Of a stretch of DNA of 64,000 nucleotides, positions 35,910 through 44,315 are shown piece by piece. Source of the stretch: Kiritimatiellia bacterium (lineage in GTDB: Bacteria > Verrucomicrobiota > Kiritimatiellia > CAIQIC01 > Lenti-01); contig JAFXQI010000042.1 of the NCBI GenBank assembly GCA_017527155.1, forward strand, positions 67,600-131,599. Reading direction: 5' to 3'. Below the pieces are notes generated by a model that saw nothing but the letters and a program-made list of their open reading frames with translations, was not told where the DNA came from and did no database searches. Each line of letters starts with the position of its first letter. Position 1 is the stretch's first letter. A program made the translations under genes and the position numbers.

Positions 35910-37085
35910 TCAGAAGCCTTCGGCGGCGGCGGCCACGATGCGGCGCAACCACGCCGTCCCGGCACGCTTCGCTTCGGCGGAGAGGCCGTGCACCCGGTCG
36001 AGGTAGGCGGCTTCCGGGGCCGCTTTCCAGGCCGCCAGGAAGGCGGTCCGCTCGTCGCACTCCACGTCCCCGAGCGAGGTCAGGCGCGCCTTGGCCGCGG
36101 GCCAGTCCGCCACGAGCTCCGCGTGTGCCGCGGCGAGTTCCGCGTCGAGCCCGGAGCGGTCTTCCCCGGCGATGGCCTGCACGACCGCGTCCAGGCGCTT
36201 GATGCGCTCCTTGCGGACGGCGGCGAGCTGGCGCATGGCGCCCTCGCGGCAGGCCGCGCCCCAGGGCGTGCGGTCCATCAGCGGGGCGCGCACGGCCGCG
36301 TACCAGGCCTGCAATGCCGCGATATTCCCGACGTAGACCGCGCCGTGCTCCATCGTGCGCGCCACCGAACGGTACGTGCGCGAATAGGGGATTTCGCCGC
36401 CCGGCAGCGGCTTCGGCACCACGAGCAGCCCCGGTTCGGTGACGTCGCGCCGCAGCACGTTCCCGGCGACCAGCACCGTCCCGTACTCCACGCGCACCGG
36501 TCCCGCCATCCCGCCCTGGCCGCCGAGGAACACCGGCGGCTGGTCGAGCATCACCCCGCGCGGAACGTCCCCCACCAGCGACGCCGTGGCCTTGTCGCCG
36601 CGCGGCGTGTAGTTGAAGTGGATGAACGACGAGCCGATTTCGCTGTGGTTCTTGCGGTCGGTCCCGCCGGCCATCAGCGCGTCGCAGAAATTGATCAGGC
36701 TTCCGCCCACCACGAACGGCAGGAACACCGTCTGCTTGAGCCCCACCGTATGGGCCATTTCGGCACCTTCCTCCAGGAGGGTCCCCGACCGCACGTGCGC
36801 GCCGCTGCCCATCGCCGCCCCGTCCAGGAACACGGCCCCGGCGAAGTAGCCGCCCTTGAGGCGCACCTTCTCGCCGAGCTGGCAGTCATCGACCGTCGCG
36901 GGCGTTTCCTCGCCGAGCACGCAGCCCGGTCCCATCGACGTCACCGCCCCGTACACCTTGCACCCCGCGTGGAGGACCACGCCCGGCGCGATCCGGTCCG
37001 CCCGGACCTCCTCCCCGACTTCCACCGCCTCCGGCGCCGGAATGACCACCCCCCGCTCCAGCAACGCCTTGACCGCCGCGTTCAT
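35910..37085 (-). CDS. Left-handed beta-helix (hexapeptide-repeat) family protein
   Basis: Start MNAAVKALLERGVVIPAPEAVEVGEEV (M65 of ORF 35910..37277). The body is rich in hexapeptide-like repeats (GAVFLDGAAMGSGAHVRSGTLLEEGAEMAHTVGLKQTVFLPFVVGGSLINF). Confidence 0.45.
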   Translation of the reverse strand: MNAAVKALLERGVVIPAPEAVEVGEEVRADRIAPGVVLHAGCKVYGAVTSMGPGCVLGEETPATVDDCQLGEKVRLKGGYFAGAVFLDGAAMGSGAHVRSGTLLEEGAEMAHTVGLKQTVFLPFVVGGSLINFCDALMAGGTDRKNHSEIGSSFIHFNYTPRGDKATASLVGDVPRGVMLDQPPVFLGGQGGMAGPVRVEYGTVLVAGNVLRRDVTEPGLLVVPKPLPGGEIPYSRTYRSVARTMEHGAVYVGNIAALQAWYAAVRAPLMDRTPWGAACREGAMRQLAAVRKERIKRLDAVVQAIAGEDRSGLDAELAAAHAELVADWPAAKARLTSLGDVECDERTAFLAAWKAAPEAAYLDRVHGLSAEAKRAGTAWLRRIVAAAAEGF

Positions 37086-37264
37086 GCCCGCACCATCACG
37101 CCGACGACGATTCCCGCCACCGCCGAAGCCAGCAGCGCGTACACCGTCTTCATCGTCCACTTCAGCCCGAACAGATCGAACCCCACGCTGCCCGTCGTCG
37201 CATTCAGCGCGACGACCACGATCGCCCCCAGCACCACCAATCCGATCAACACTCTTTTCTGCAT
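37082..37264 (-). CDS. Small membrane protein, LapA/DUF1049-like
   Basis: MQKRVLIGLVVLGAIVVVALNATTGSVGFDLFGLKWTMKTVYALLASAVAGIVVGVMVRA has two TM helices. The stop overlaps the downstream gene start (ATGA). Confidence 0.4.
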   Translation of the reverse strand: MQKRVLIGLVVLGAIVVVALNATTGSVGFDLFGLKWTMKTVYALLASAVAGIVVGVMVRA

Positions 37265-37514
37265 GATCCATCTCCATTTGGTCTTTTCATCCACTCAACC
37301 AAATCCCCGCCCCGATGGAAACCTTTTTCCGCGCCGGAAGGGGAGGGGGGGCAGGACAAGACCATGGCGTTGGATCGGGCGGCCGTCCTCGGATGGGTTT
37401 CCCGGACGGCCTACCGGAGCGGGGCCGTCACGGAGGTCGCTGCGCCGCATCCCGTGCCGTGCCGATCCCGACTCCGTCGTCCGGTGGAGCGAGCTCGCCT
37501 GGAGCGGGTAAAGT

Positions 37515-37620
37515 TATTCTGTGGCTTCCCAGACGTTTCCCAACCACAAGGTCGCGCGGAAGCGCGACCCTCCCGGGGTGCGCTCTCCACGGGGAGGGAC
37601 GCGCTTCTGCGCGTCCGCCC
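37515..37620 (+). repeat. GC-rich multi-hairpin interspersed element, copy B
   Basis: ttctgtggcttcccagacgtttcccaaccacaaggtcgcgcggaagcgcgaccctcccggggtgcgctctccacggggagggacgcgcttctgcgcgtccgc. Hairpins are ggtcgcgc-GGAA-gcgcgacc, ccctccc...gggaggg and ggacgcgc-TTCT-gcgcgtcc. Confidence 0.6.
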
Positions 37621-37873
37621 CCCCCATGATGGCCAGCCCCTTAGGTTGGCCCATCCAACCCCTTTTCCCACCGGTGCAATCCATTCGCGATATCAAGGAA
37701 AACATTCGGATTCTGCCCGCATTTTCCCCATCCCTCACCCATGAACCATTTTCCCGGGAGGCGGTCCGATCCGTTTTGTGCGCGGTCTTCCCTCCGGCCC
37801 CTTTGCACGAAGTGGAGATACGCCCGAGCGGGGGCCGTTGCGGGGGGGGCGGGAGTTTGGTAGGGTGGGGGGC

Positions 37874-38905
37874 ATGGAAAAGAAGAATTCGTACACGATC
37901 GCGCTCACGCCAGCGCAGACGGAGGCCGCCGCGGACATCCTCCGGAACGGGAACTACCGGTTGCGGAACGTGCAGTACGCCGTCGCCGCCGCGGAGGGGC
38001 CGGACTGCCAGATCGCCGTCTACAAGAGCGGCAAGTGCCTGGTGCAGGGGAAGGGGGCGTACGACTGGATCACGTTTGTGCTCGAGCCCGAGGTGCTCGG
38101 CGAGGCCCGCCTCGGCTACGAGGACCAGCTCGACCCCAAGGCCCTCGATCCCCACATGGGCGTCGACGAAAGCGGCAAGGGGGATTTCTTCGGCCCGCTC
38201 GTCGTCGCGGCCGCCTACGTCGACGCCGCCATCGTCAAGGACCTGCGCGCGATGGACGTCCGCGACAGCAAGGCCATCACCACCGACCGCGCGGCGCGCG
38301 AGCTCGCCCGGAAAATCCGCGAGCGGCTCGGCCCGGACCGGTATTCGCTGGTGCGGCTCGGCCCGGCGGCCTACAACCGGATGTACGCCTCGATGGGCAG
38401 CGTCAACCGCATCCTCGCCTGGGGGCACGCGAAGTGCATCGAGACGCTGCTGGAGAAGGTCCCGGATTGCCCGCGCGCCATCAGCGACCAGTTCGGGCCG
38501 GAGTACCAGATCAAGCGGGCGCTCCAGGAGCGCGGGCGCAAGATCGTGCTCGAGCAGCATCCGCGCGCGGAGGCGGACACGGCGGTCGCCGCGGCGTCGA
38601 TCCTCGCGCGGGAGGGGTTTTTGGACATGATGGAGCGGCTCGGGAAGACGGTCGGGCGCACGTTGCCGAAGGGGGCGTCGGCGCAGGTGAAGGCGGCGGC
38701 GCGGGAGCTCGCGGCGGCGCACGGCGGGAAGGTGTTCCTGGAGGTGGCGAAGTGCCACTTCAAGACGACGGACGACGTGCTCGGCGAGCTCGGCAAGACG
38801 CGCGAAGCGGAGGGGCTGCCGCCGGCGCCGGTGCACAAGCCGTTCGTGCGGTACAAGAAGGCGGAGGCGAAGCCGGAGCCGCCGCCGATGGATTCGCTGT
38901 TCTGA
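37874..38905 (+). CDS. rnhC: Ribonuclease HIII
   Basis: Start MEKKNSYTIALTPAQTEAAADIL (M33 of ORF 37778..38905), an RNase HIII N-terminal domain. The catalytic motif is DESGKGDFFGPLVVAAAY. Confidence 0.75.
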   Translation: MEKKNSYTIALTPAQTEAAADILRNGNYRLRNVQYAVAAAEGPDCQIAVYKSGKCLVQGKGAYDWITFVLEPEVLGEARLGYEDQLDPKALDPHMGVDESGKGDFFGPLVVAAAYVDAAIVKDLRAMDVRDSKAITTDRAARELARKIRERLGPDRYSLVRLGPAAYNRMYASMGSVNRILAWGHAKCIETLLEKVPDCPRAISDQFGPEYQIKRALQERGRKIVLEQHPRAEADTAVAAASILAREGFLDMMERLGKTVGRTLPKGASAQVKAAARELAAAHGGKVFLEVAKCHFKTTDDVLGELGKTREAEGLPPAPVHKPFVRYKKAEAKPEPPPMDSLF

Positions 38906-38951
38906 GTTTTGGCCGCAAAGGCCGCAAAGGGCGCAAGGAAAGGATGCTGTC

Positions 38952-39827
38952 ATGAAACTGGTGAGATACGGCGAGGCGGGGAACGAACGGCCGGGGATTT
39001 GGCTGGACGGGGCGGACGGGGAAGGGGCGCGGATCGTGGACGTGCGGGGGATGGTGTTCGACATCCAGGACTACGACGCGCGCTTCTGGCGGTGCGGCGG
39101 GCTGGCGCGGCTCCGCGGTCTGCTGGGGGAGCCGCGGCTGAAGACGGTGGCGGCGGACGGGGTTCGCCTGGGACCGCCGGTGGCGTGTCCGGGGCAGCTG
39201 CTGTGCGTGGGGAAGAATTACCGGGAGCATGCGGCGGAGTTCGGCGGCGGCCTTCCGGAGGAGCCGGTGTGGTTCGCGAAGAATCCGCGGTGTTTGATCG
39301 GCGCCGGGGACGCGATACCGGTCCCGGCGGGGGAGGGGGCGTGCGTGGACGGGGAGGTGGAGCTGGCGCTCGTCGTCGCGCAGCGCGCGTGGCGGCTGGT
39401 GGAGGATGAGGCGCTTTCCGCGGTGGGCGGGTACATGGTGTTCAACGACGTGACGGACCGCGCCCTCCAGCGCGCGCGCGGCCAGTGGTTCATGGGCAAG
39501 AGCGCCGACGGGTTCGGTCCGTGCGGGCCGTGGCTCGTCACGCCCGACGAGCTGGGGGACGCGGGCGACCTGCCGCTGTCGCACCGGGTGGACGGCACGG
39601 AGCTGCAACGCGCGCGCACGTCGGAGATGGTGTTTTCCGTGGCGCGGCTGCTGGCGGACATCACGTCGGTGATGGCGCTGGAGCCGGGCGACGTGGTGTC
39701 CACGGGCACGCCGGGCGGGATCGGGTCGGCGCGGACGCCGCCGGTGCTGTACCGTCCGGGGTGCACGGTGGAGTGCGAGATCGGCGGCATCGGCGCGCTG
39801 CGCAACACGGTGGGGGTGCGGCCGTGA
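38952..39827 (+). CDS. Fumarylacetoacetate hydrolase (FAH) family protein
   Basis: 291 aa; CVGKNYREHAAE...EVELALVV...GTPGGIG is the FAH-fold signature. Confidence 0.8.
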   Translation: MKLVRYGEAGNERPGIWLDGADGEGARIVDVRGMVFDIQDYDARFWRCGGLARLRGLLGEPRLKTVAADGVRLGPPVACPGQLLCVGKNYREHAAEFGGGLPEEPVWFAKNPRCLIGAGDAIPVPAGEGACVDGEVELALVVAQRAWRLVEDEALSAVGGYMVFNDVTDRALQRARGQWFMGKSADGFGPCGPWLVTPDELGDAGDLPLSHRVDGTELQRARTSEMVFSVARLLADITSVMALEPGDVVSTGTPGGIGSARTPPVLYRPGCTVECEIGGIGALRNTVGVRP

Positions 39828-40423
39828 TCGCGGAATCGCTGCGCGTGGTGCCCGCGAGCGAGGCGGAATGGCTCGGGCCGCTGGACGTGCGGACGCGGTT
39901 CGCGCATCCGGAGCGGCCGCTGGAGATCGACCTGGGCTGCGGCAAGGGGCGTTTCCTGCTGGCACACGCGGCGAAGCACCCGGAGGTGAACTTCTGGGGC
40001 ATCGACCGGATGCTCCGGCGGATCCGCAAGATCGACAACCGGGCGCGGCGGCTGGACCTGGAAAACATCCGTCTCTCGCGGATGGAGGCGTACTACGCGA
40101 CGACGTACTGGGTGCCGGAGGCGTCGGTGCGGACGATGTACGTGTTCTTCCCCGACCCGTGGCCCAAGGCGCGCCACGAAGGGCACCGGCTGTTCAATCC
40201 GCGCTTCCTCGACGCGCTGTGGCGGTCGCTGGAGCCGGGCGGGACGGTGCACGTGGCGACGGACCACGCGCCGTACTTCGAGCAGCTGTCGGAGGTGTTC
40301 GCGGCGGACGGACGGTTCGCGCCCGCGGAGGTGTTCGCGCCGCCGCCGGACGAGATGACCGACTTCGAGCTGTACTACGCCGACAAGAAGCCCATCGGGC
40401 GTCTCTCGGTGCGGAAGGGGTGA
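39824..40423 (+). CDS. trmB: tRNA (guanine46-N7)-methyltransferase
   Basis: GTG start overlaps the FAH-family stop (GTGA). TrmB motifs are EIDLGCGKGRFLL and FFPDPWPKARH. Confidence 0.75.
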   Translation: MIAESLRVVPASEAEWLGPLDVRTRFAHPERPLEIDLGCGKGRFLLAHAAKHPEVNFWGIDRMLRRIRKIDNRARRLDLENIRLSRMEAYYATTYWVPEASVRTMYVFFPDPWPKARHEGHRLFNPRFLDALWRSLEPGGTVHVATDHAPYFEQLSEVFAADGRFAPAEVFAPPPDEMTDFELYYADKKPIGRLSVRKG

Positions 40424-40536
40424 AACAGCGGAGAATGGCCCCCCACGGGCTCCTCTCCGTGTCGTGTCCGGCTCTCCACTCCCACGGGAGGGATCGTGAG
40501 CGGACGCCGACGAGGGCGGGCTAGAGCGGTTTGCGT

Positions 40537-40640
40537 CATTCTGTGGCTTCCCAGGCGTTTCCCAACCACAAGGTCGCGCGGAAGCGCGACCCTCCCGCTG
40601 TGCTCGCCACGGGGAGGGACGCGCTTCTGCGCGTCCGCGA
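40537..40640 (+). repeat. GC-rich multi-hairpin interspersed element, copy C
   Basis: ttctgtggcttcccaggcgtttcccaaccacaaggtcgcgcggaagcgcgaccctcccgctgtgctcgccacggggagggacgcgcttctgcgcgtccgc. Confidence 0.6.
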
Positions 40641-41241
40641 AAGAATAAGGTGAAGACACAATGGACTGCGGCCACATTAATTCTGAACCTGCCCCAAGAA
40701 ACACTGTGGTTGTTTCCGAACAGGAAAACTCCGAGGTTCTGGCCGAATGGCATCCCCCTCCATCGCTTGCACGTTCCAGTGCCCGGCGGCGAGGGGACTC
40801 GCCGTCCGTCCCACACAGCTTTGCACGAACGAAAAACTTCTTCACCTGACAACTCCATTGGACCCATTGGACAAAGCCAATGCGGAATGGTTGCCAAGGC
40901 CATGGAGTCCGGACAAAAAAAAGGTCCGTGCCAGGCTTGGGGGGGGGCACCTGGCACGGAGGAAACAGGCAGGGGCCCCGGGGGGGGGGAGGAGGGGCAT
41001 CTTCCTGCCTGCTTGTTGCGTGTTTAGCAACAAGATGTTCAAAATCGTTTGGGCGTTGAAAGAACGGTCTGTTTCTTGCGAAACTGGGGTGCACTATACT
41101 CTTTGCGTCTGGGGTGTCAAGAGGAAAAAGAAAAAATTTTCCGGTAGGTGGAACCGGGCCCGCCGGGAATGAAAAACTCCGCCGTGCGGACGGCGGAGCG
41201 CGAGGGGCCGGTGGAACGGCCCGGAGGGCAGGGGCGGGGGG

Positions 41242-41877
41242 TCACTCCTCGACGAGTTCCTCGGCGATTTCGCGGGCGGCGTCGATGGCCATGTCGCGGC
41301 GCTCGGCGGAATCGAAGTGGCGCTCGGCGTCCTGGCCGTCGGCCCAGGCGATGCGGATGTCGTCCACGCCGATGCAGGAGAAGATGGCGCGGATGGCGGG
41401 GGTGAGACCGTCGGCGGGATCGTTTTCCTTGTAGACGGAGTCGGAGGAGACGAGAAGGACGACGGTACGGATGTGGTGGGTGGGGATGGGACCGTCGGGC
41501 CCCATGCGGTAGAGCTTGCCGGGGACGACGATCTGGTCGAGCCAGGCCTTGAGGATCGCGGGCATGGAGTTGAGCCAGACGGGCATGGTCAGGACGACGA
41601 CGTCGGCGTCGATCATGGCCTGCGCGTTGTTGTTGGAGTAGTTGGCGGCGTTTTCCTCGGCCTTGGACGGGATGTAGGCGGGGTCGATGACGGGGCGCCA
41701 GAAGTAGTTGAGCGCGTCGGCGCTGACGAAGGGCGGCTTGTTCTGGTAGAGGTCCACGTTCTCGACGACCACGTCGGGATCCTTCTCCATCAGGGCGGAG
41801 AAGAACTCCAGGGCCAGCTTCTTGGAAACGGAGGTCTCCGAGGGCTTCGGGTTGGCAATCAGGTGCAATACGTTCAT
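41242..41877 (-). CDS. azoR: FMN-dependent NADH-azoreductase / flavodoxin-like NAD(P)H quinone oxidoreductase
   Basis: Start MNVLHLIANPKPSETSVSKKLALEFFSAL (M36 of ORF 41242..41982) on a flavodoxin-like fold of 211 aa. Confidence 0.65.
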   Translation of the reverse strand: MNVLHLIANPKPSETSVSKKLALEFFSALMEKDPDVVVENVDLYQNKPPFVSADALNYFWRPVIDPAYIPSKAEENAANYSNNNAQAMIDADVVVLTMPVWLNSMPAILKAWLDQIVVPGKLYRMGPDGPIPTHHIRTVVLLVSSDSVYKENDPADGLTPAIRAIFSCIGVDDIRIAWADGQDAERHFDSAERRDMAIDAAREIAEELVEE

Positions 41878-42068
41878 CTGGAAAAGTCTCCTTTCAAGGG
41901 GGGTGGAAGAAACGTTTTCCGTTTGTGCCACAGTCGGACGGCAAAGGCAATGCCAAAATGGGGAAAACGGCGCGCCGCGCAATCAGGCTTGAACCCGTGG
42001 CACGCGGCGCCTATAGTCTCCGCGTTTCCACCCACGGCCCGACGGCCGACGAAAGGAAGGATGTATTC

Positions 42069-43871
42069 ATGGACATGAGAACCCACACCTGCGGCCAGCT
42101 CCGCGCCACCGACGACGGCGCCAACGTCACCCTCTGCGGCTGGGTCGACAGCGTCCGCGACCACGGCGGGCTGATTTTCCTCGACCTGCGCGACCGCTAC
42201 GGCATCACCCAGTGCGTCTTCGATCCCCAGGATTCCCAGGACGCCTGGTCCCGCGCCGAAAGCTGCCGTCCCGAGTATGTCGTGCGCGTCAACGGCACCG
42301 TCCGCGCGCGCCCCGCCGACATGGTCAACGACAAGATCGCCACCGGCGCCATCGAGGTCCGCTGCTCCGGCATCGAGGTCCTCAACCGCGCCAAGACCCC
42401 GCCCTTCCCGCTCGAGGACCGCGAAGCGATGGCCGTCAGCGAGGACCTGCGCCTCGAGTACCGCTACCTCGACCTCCGCCGCCCCTCCATGCAGCGCAAC
42501 CTGCTCCTGCGGCACAAGCTCATCCAGACCGCCCGCAACTACTTCGACGCCAACGGCTTCATGGAGATCGAGACCCCGATCCTCACCAAGTCCACCCCCG
42601 AAGGCGCCCGCGACTACCTCGTGCCCAGCCGCGTGTGCCCGGGCACCTTCTTCGCGCTCCCGCAGGCCCCGCAGCAGTACAAGCAGCTGCTGATGATGTC
42701 CGGCATGGACCGCTACTTCCAGGTCGCCCGCTGCTTCCGCGACGAAGACCTCCGCGCCGACCGCCAGCCCGAGTTCACCCAGCTCGACGTCGAAATGTCG
42801 TTCGTCGGCCAAGAGGACATCATCACCCTTATCGACGGCCTCATCGCCAAGCTCATGGAAGCCGCCGGCAAGCCCGTACCGGCCCTCCCGCTGCCGCGCA
42901 TGACCTGGCGCGAGGCGATGGACCGCTTCGGCTCAGACAAGCCCGACCTCCGCTTCGGCATGGAAATCACCGACCTGGCCGATGTCTTCGCCGGCACCTC
43001 CTTCAAGGTCTTCGCGCGCGCGCTGGAGAGCGGCGGCGTCCTCAAGGCCATCAACGTCAAGGGCGGCTCCCCGCACTGCTCCATCAAGATGGTCGAGCAG
43101 GACTGGACCGGCATGGCCAAGGAAGCCGGACTCGGCGGCCTCGCCTACATCCGCGTGCAGGAAGACGGCACCTGGAAGTCCCCCATCGTCAAGTTCTTCT
43201 CCGACGCCGAGAAGGCCGCCATGACCGCCAAGCTCGGCATCGCCCCCGGCGACCTCGTCCTCTTCGGCGCCGACAAGGCCGAGAAGGTCCTCCCCCTGCT
43301 CGGGCGCATCCGCCTGCTGGCCGCCGCGCAGGTCGGGGCCATCCCGGAGGACGTGTTCAAGTTCACGTGGGTGACCGACTTCCCGCTCTTCGAGCGCAAC
43401 GACGAAGGCCGCCTGGTGAGCGTCCATCATCCCTTCACCTCGCCGAACCCCGACGACATCCCGTTGCTGGACAGCGACCCCGAAAAGGTCCGCGCCGTCG
43501 CCTACGACATCGTCCTCAACGGCACCGAACTCGGCGGCGGGTCCATCCGCATCCACGATCCGGAGTTCCAGGCGCGGATGTTCAAGGTCCTCGGCCTGCC
43601 GGAGGCGGAAATCAAGGACCGCTTCCAGCACCTGATCCGGGCCCTCGAATACGGCGCTCCGCCGCACGGCGGGCTGGCCATCGGCGCCGACCGCCTGGTC
43701 ATGCTGCTGGCGGGCTGCAAGAGCATCCGCGACGTCATCGCCTTCCCGAAGACCCAGAAGGCGATGGACCTGCTGATGTCCGCCCCCGCCACCGTGGACG
43801 CCAAGCAGCTCCGCGACATCCACATCCGCCTCGCCGCGGAGACGCCCCCCGCCGCCCCGGCCGCGGAATGA
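42069..43871 (+). CDS. aspS: Aspartate--tRNA ligase
   Basis: Start MDMRTHTCGQLRA (M49 of ORF 41925..43871). The anticodon-binding OB fold and class II motifs (FRDEDLRADRQPEFTQLD, GGGSIRIH, GLAIGADRL) are present over 600 aa. Confidence 0.9.
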   Translation: MDMRTHTCGQLRATDDGANVTLCGWVDSVRDHGGLIFLDLRDRYGITQCVFDPQDSQDAWSRAESCRPEYVVRVNGTVRARPADMVNDKIATGAIEVRCSGIEVLNRAKTPPFPLEDREAMAVSEDLRLEYRYLDLRRPSMQRNLLLRHKLIQTARNYFDANGFMEIETPILTKSTPEGARDYLVPSRVCPGTFFALPQAPQQYKQLLMMSGMDRYFQVARCFRDEDLRADRQPEFTQLDVEMSFVGQEDIITLIDGLIAKLMEAAGKPVPALPLPRMTWREAMDRFGSDKPDLRFGMEITDLADVFAGTSFKVFARALESGGVLKAINVKGGSPHCSIKMVEQDWTGMAKEAGLGGLAYIRVQEDGTWKSPIVKFFSDAEKAAMTAKLGIAPGDLVLFGADKAEKVLPLLGRIRLLAAAQVGAIPEDVFKFTWVTDFPLFERNDEGRLVSVHHPFTSPNPDDIPLLDSDPEKVRAVAYDIVLNGTELGGGSIRIHDPEFQARMFKVLGLPEAEIKDRFQHLIRALEYGAPPHGGLAIGADRLVMLLAGCKSIRDVIAFPKTQKAMDLLMSAPATVDAKQLRDIHIRLAAETPPAAPAAE

Positions 43872-43897
43872 CCTCCGCCTCCATCCTGCCAGCAACA

Positions 43898-43936
43898 ACC
43901 CCGGTCGCCCCGCGCGGCCGGGGCTTTCCGTTTTCC
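43898..43936 (+). terminator. Rho-independent terminator candidate after aspS
   Basis: ccccggtcgc-cccgc-gcggccgggg forms a 10-bp GC stem with one mismatch, followed by ctttccgtttt. Confidence 0.45.
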
Positions 43937-44099
43937 AGGACACGCTGTTCCCGGTTCCCCGCCTGGTGATGCGTCCGGCTCGCACGGAGTGCTCGCCCCA
44001 CCGTCCCCGGGTGCGGAGCGACCGCGCTCCCGCCGTCGTGTGGCCACAGGGTGGAAAGTGGAGGGGCAATCGCAATCCCGCTCGTGGATGCGCCGGGGC

Positions 44100-44127
44100 T
44101 TGAATCCCGGCGCCGGGCGTGTATAGT
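44100..44127 (+). promoter_or_regulatory. Sigma70-like promoter for tRNA-Arg: TTGAAT-N16-TATAGT
   Basis: The -35 TTGAAT (44100-44105) and -10 TATAGT (44122-44127) are separated by a 16-nt spacer containing the palindrome cccggcgccggg. The tRNA 5' end lies 13 nt downstream. Confidence 0.5.
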
Positions 44128-44140
44128 ACGTACCCGTTGC

Positions 44141-44217
<77 letters not shown>

Positions 44218-44315
44218 TCGTCCGGACGGCCGTGGGGAGGTGGAGAGAGGGGTCGAGCGGTTGTCATCGCTTCTTTTGCGGGGAGGGTGAGTTTGCGGTT
44301 GCCGGAGGATGGGAA

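Noticed and set aside
40900-41100. RNase P RNA / SRP RNA / tmRNA in the low-GC trmB-azoR spacer
   Set aside because: GAGUCCGGAC and GUGCCAGG...G-run vaguely recall RNase P P4 and P5 regions. But the universal GGUAAGGGUGAAA, the SRP GGAAGCAGCC motif and a tmRNA tRNA-like 3' end are all absent. I report it only as an unassigned structured region.
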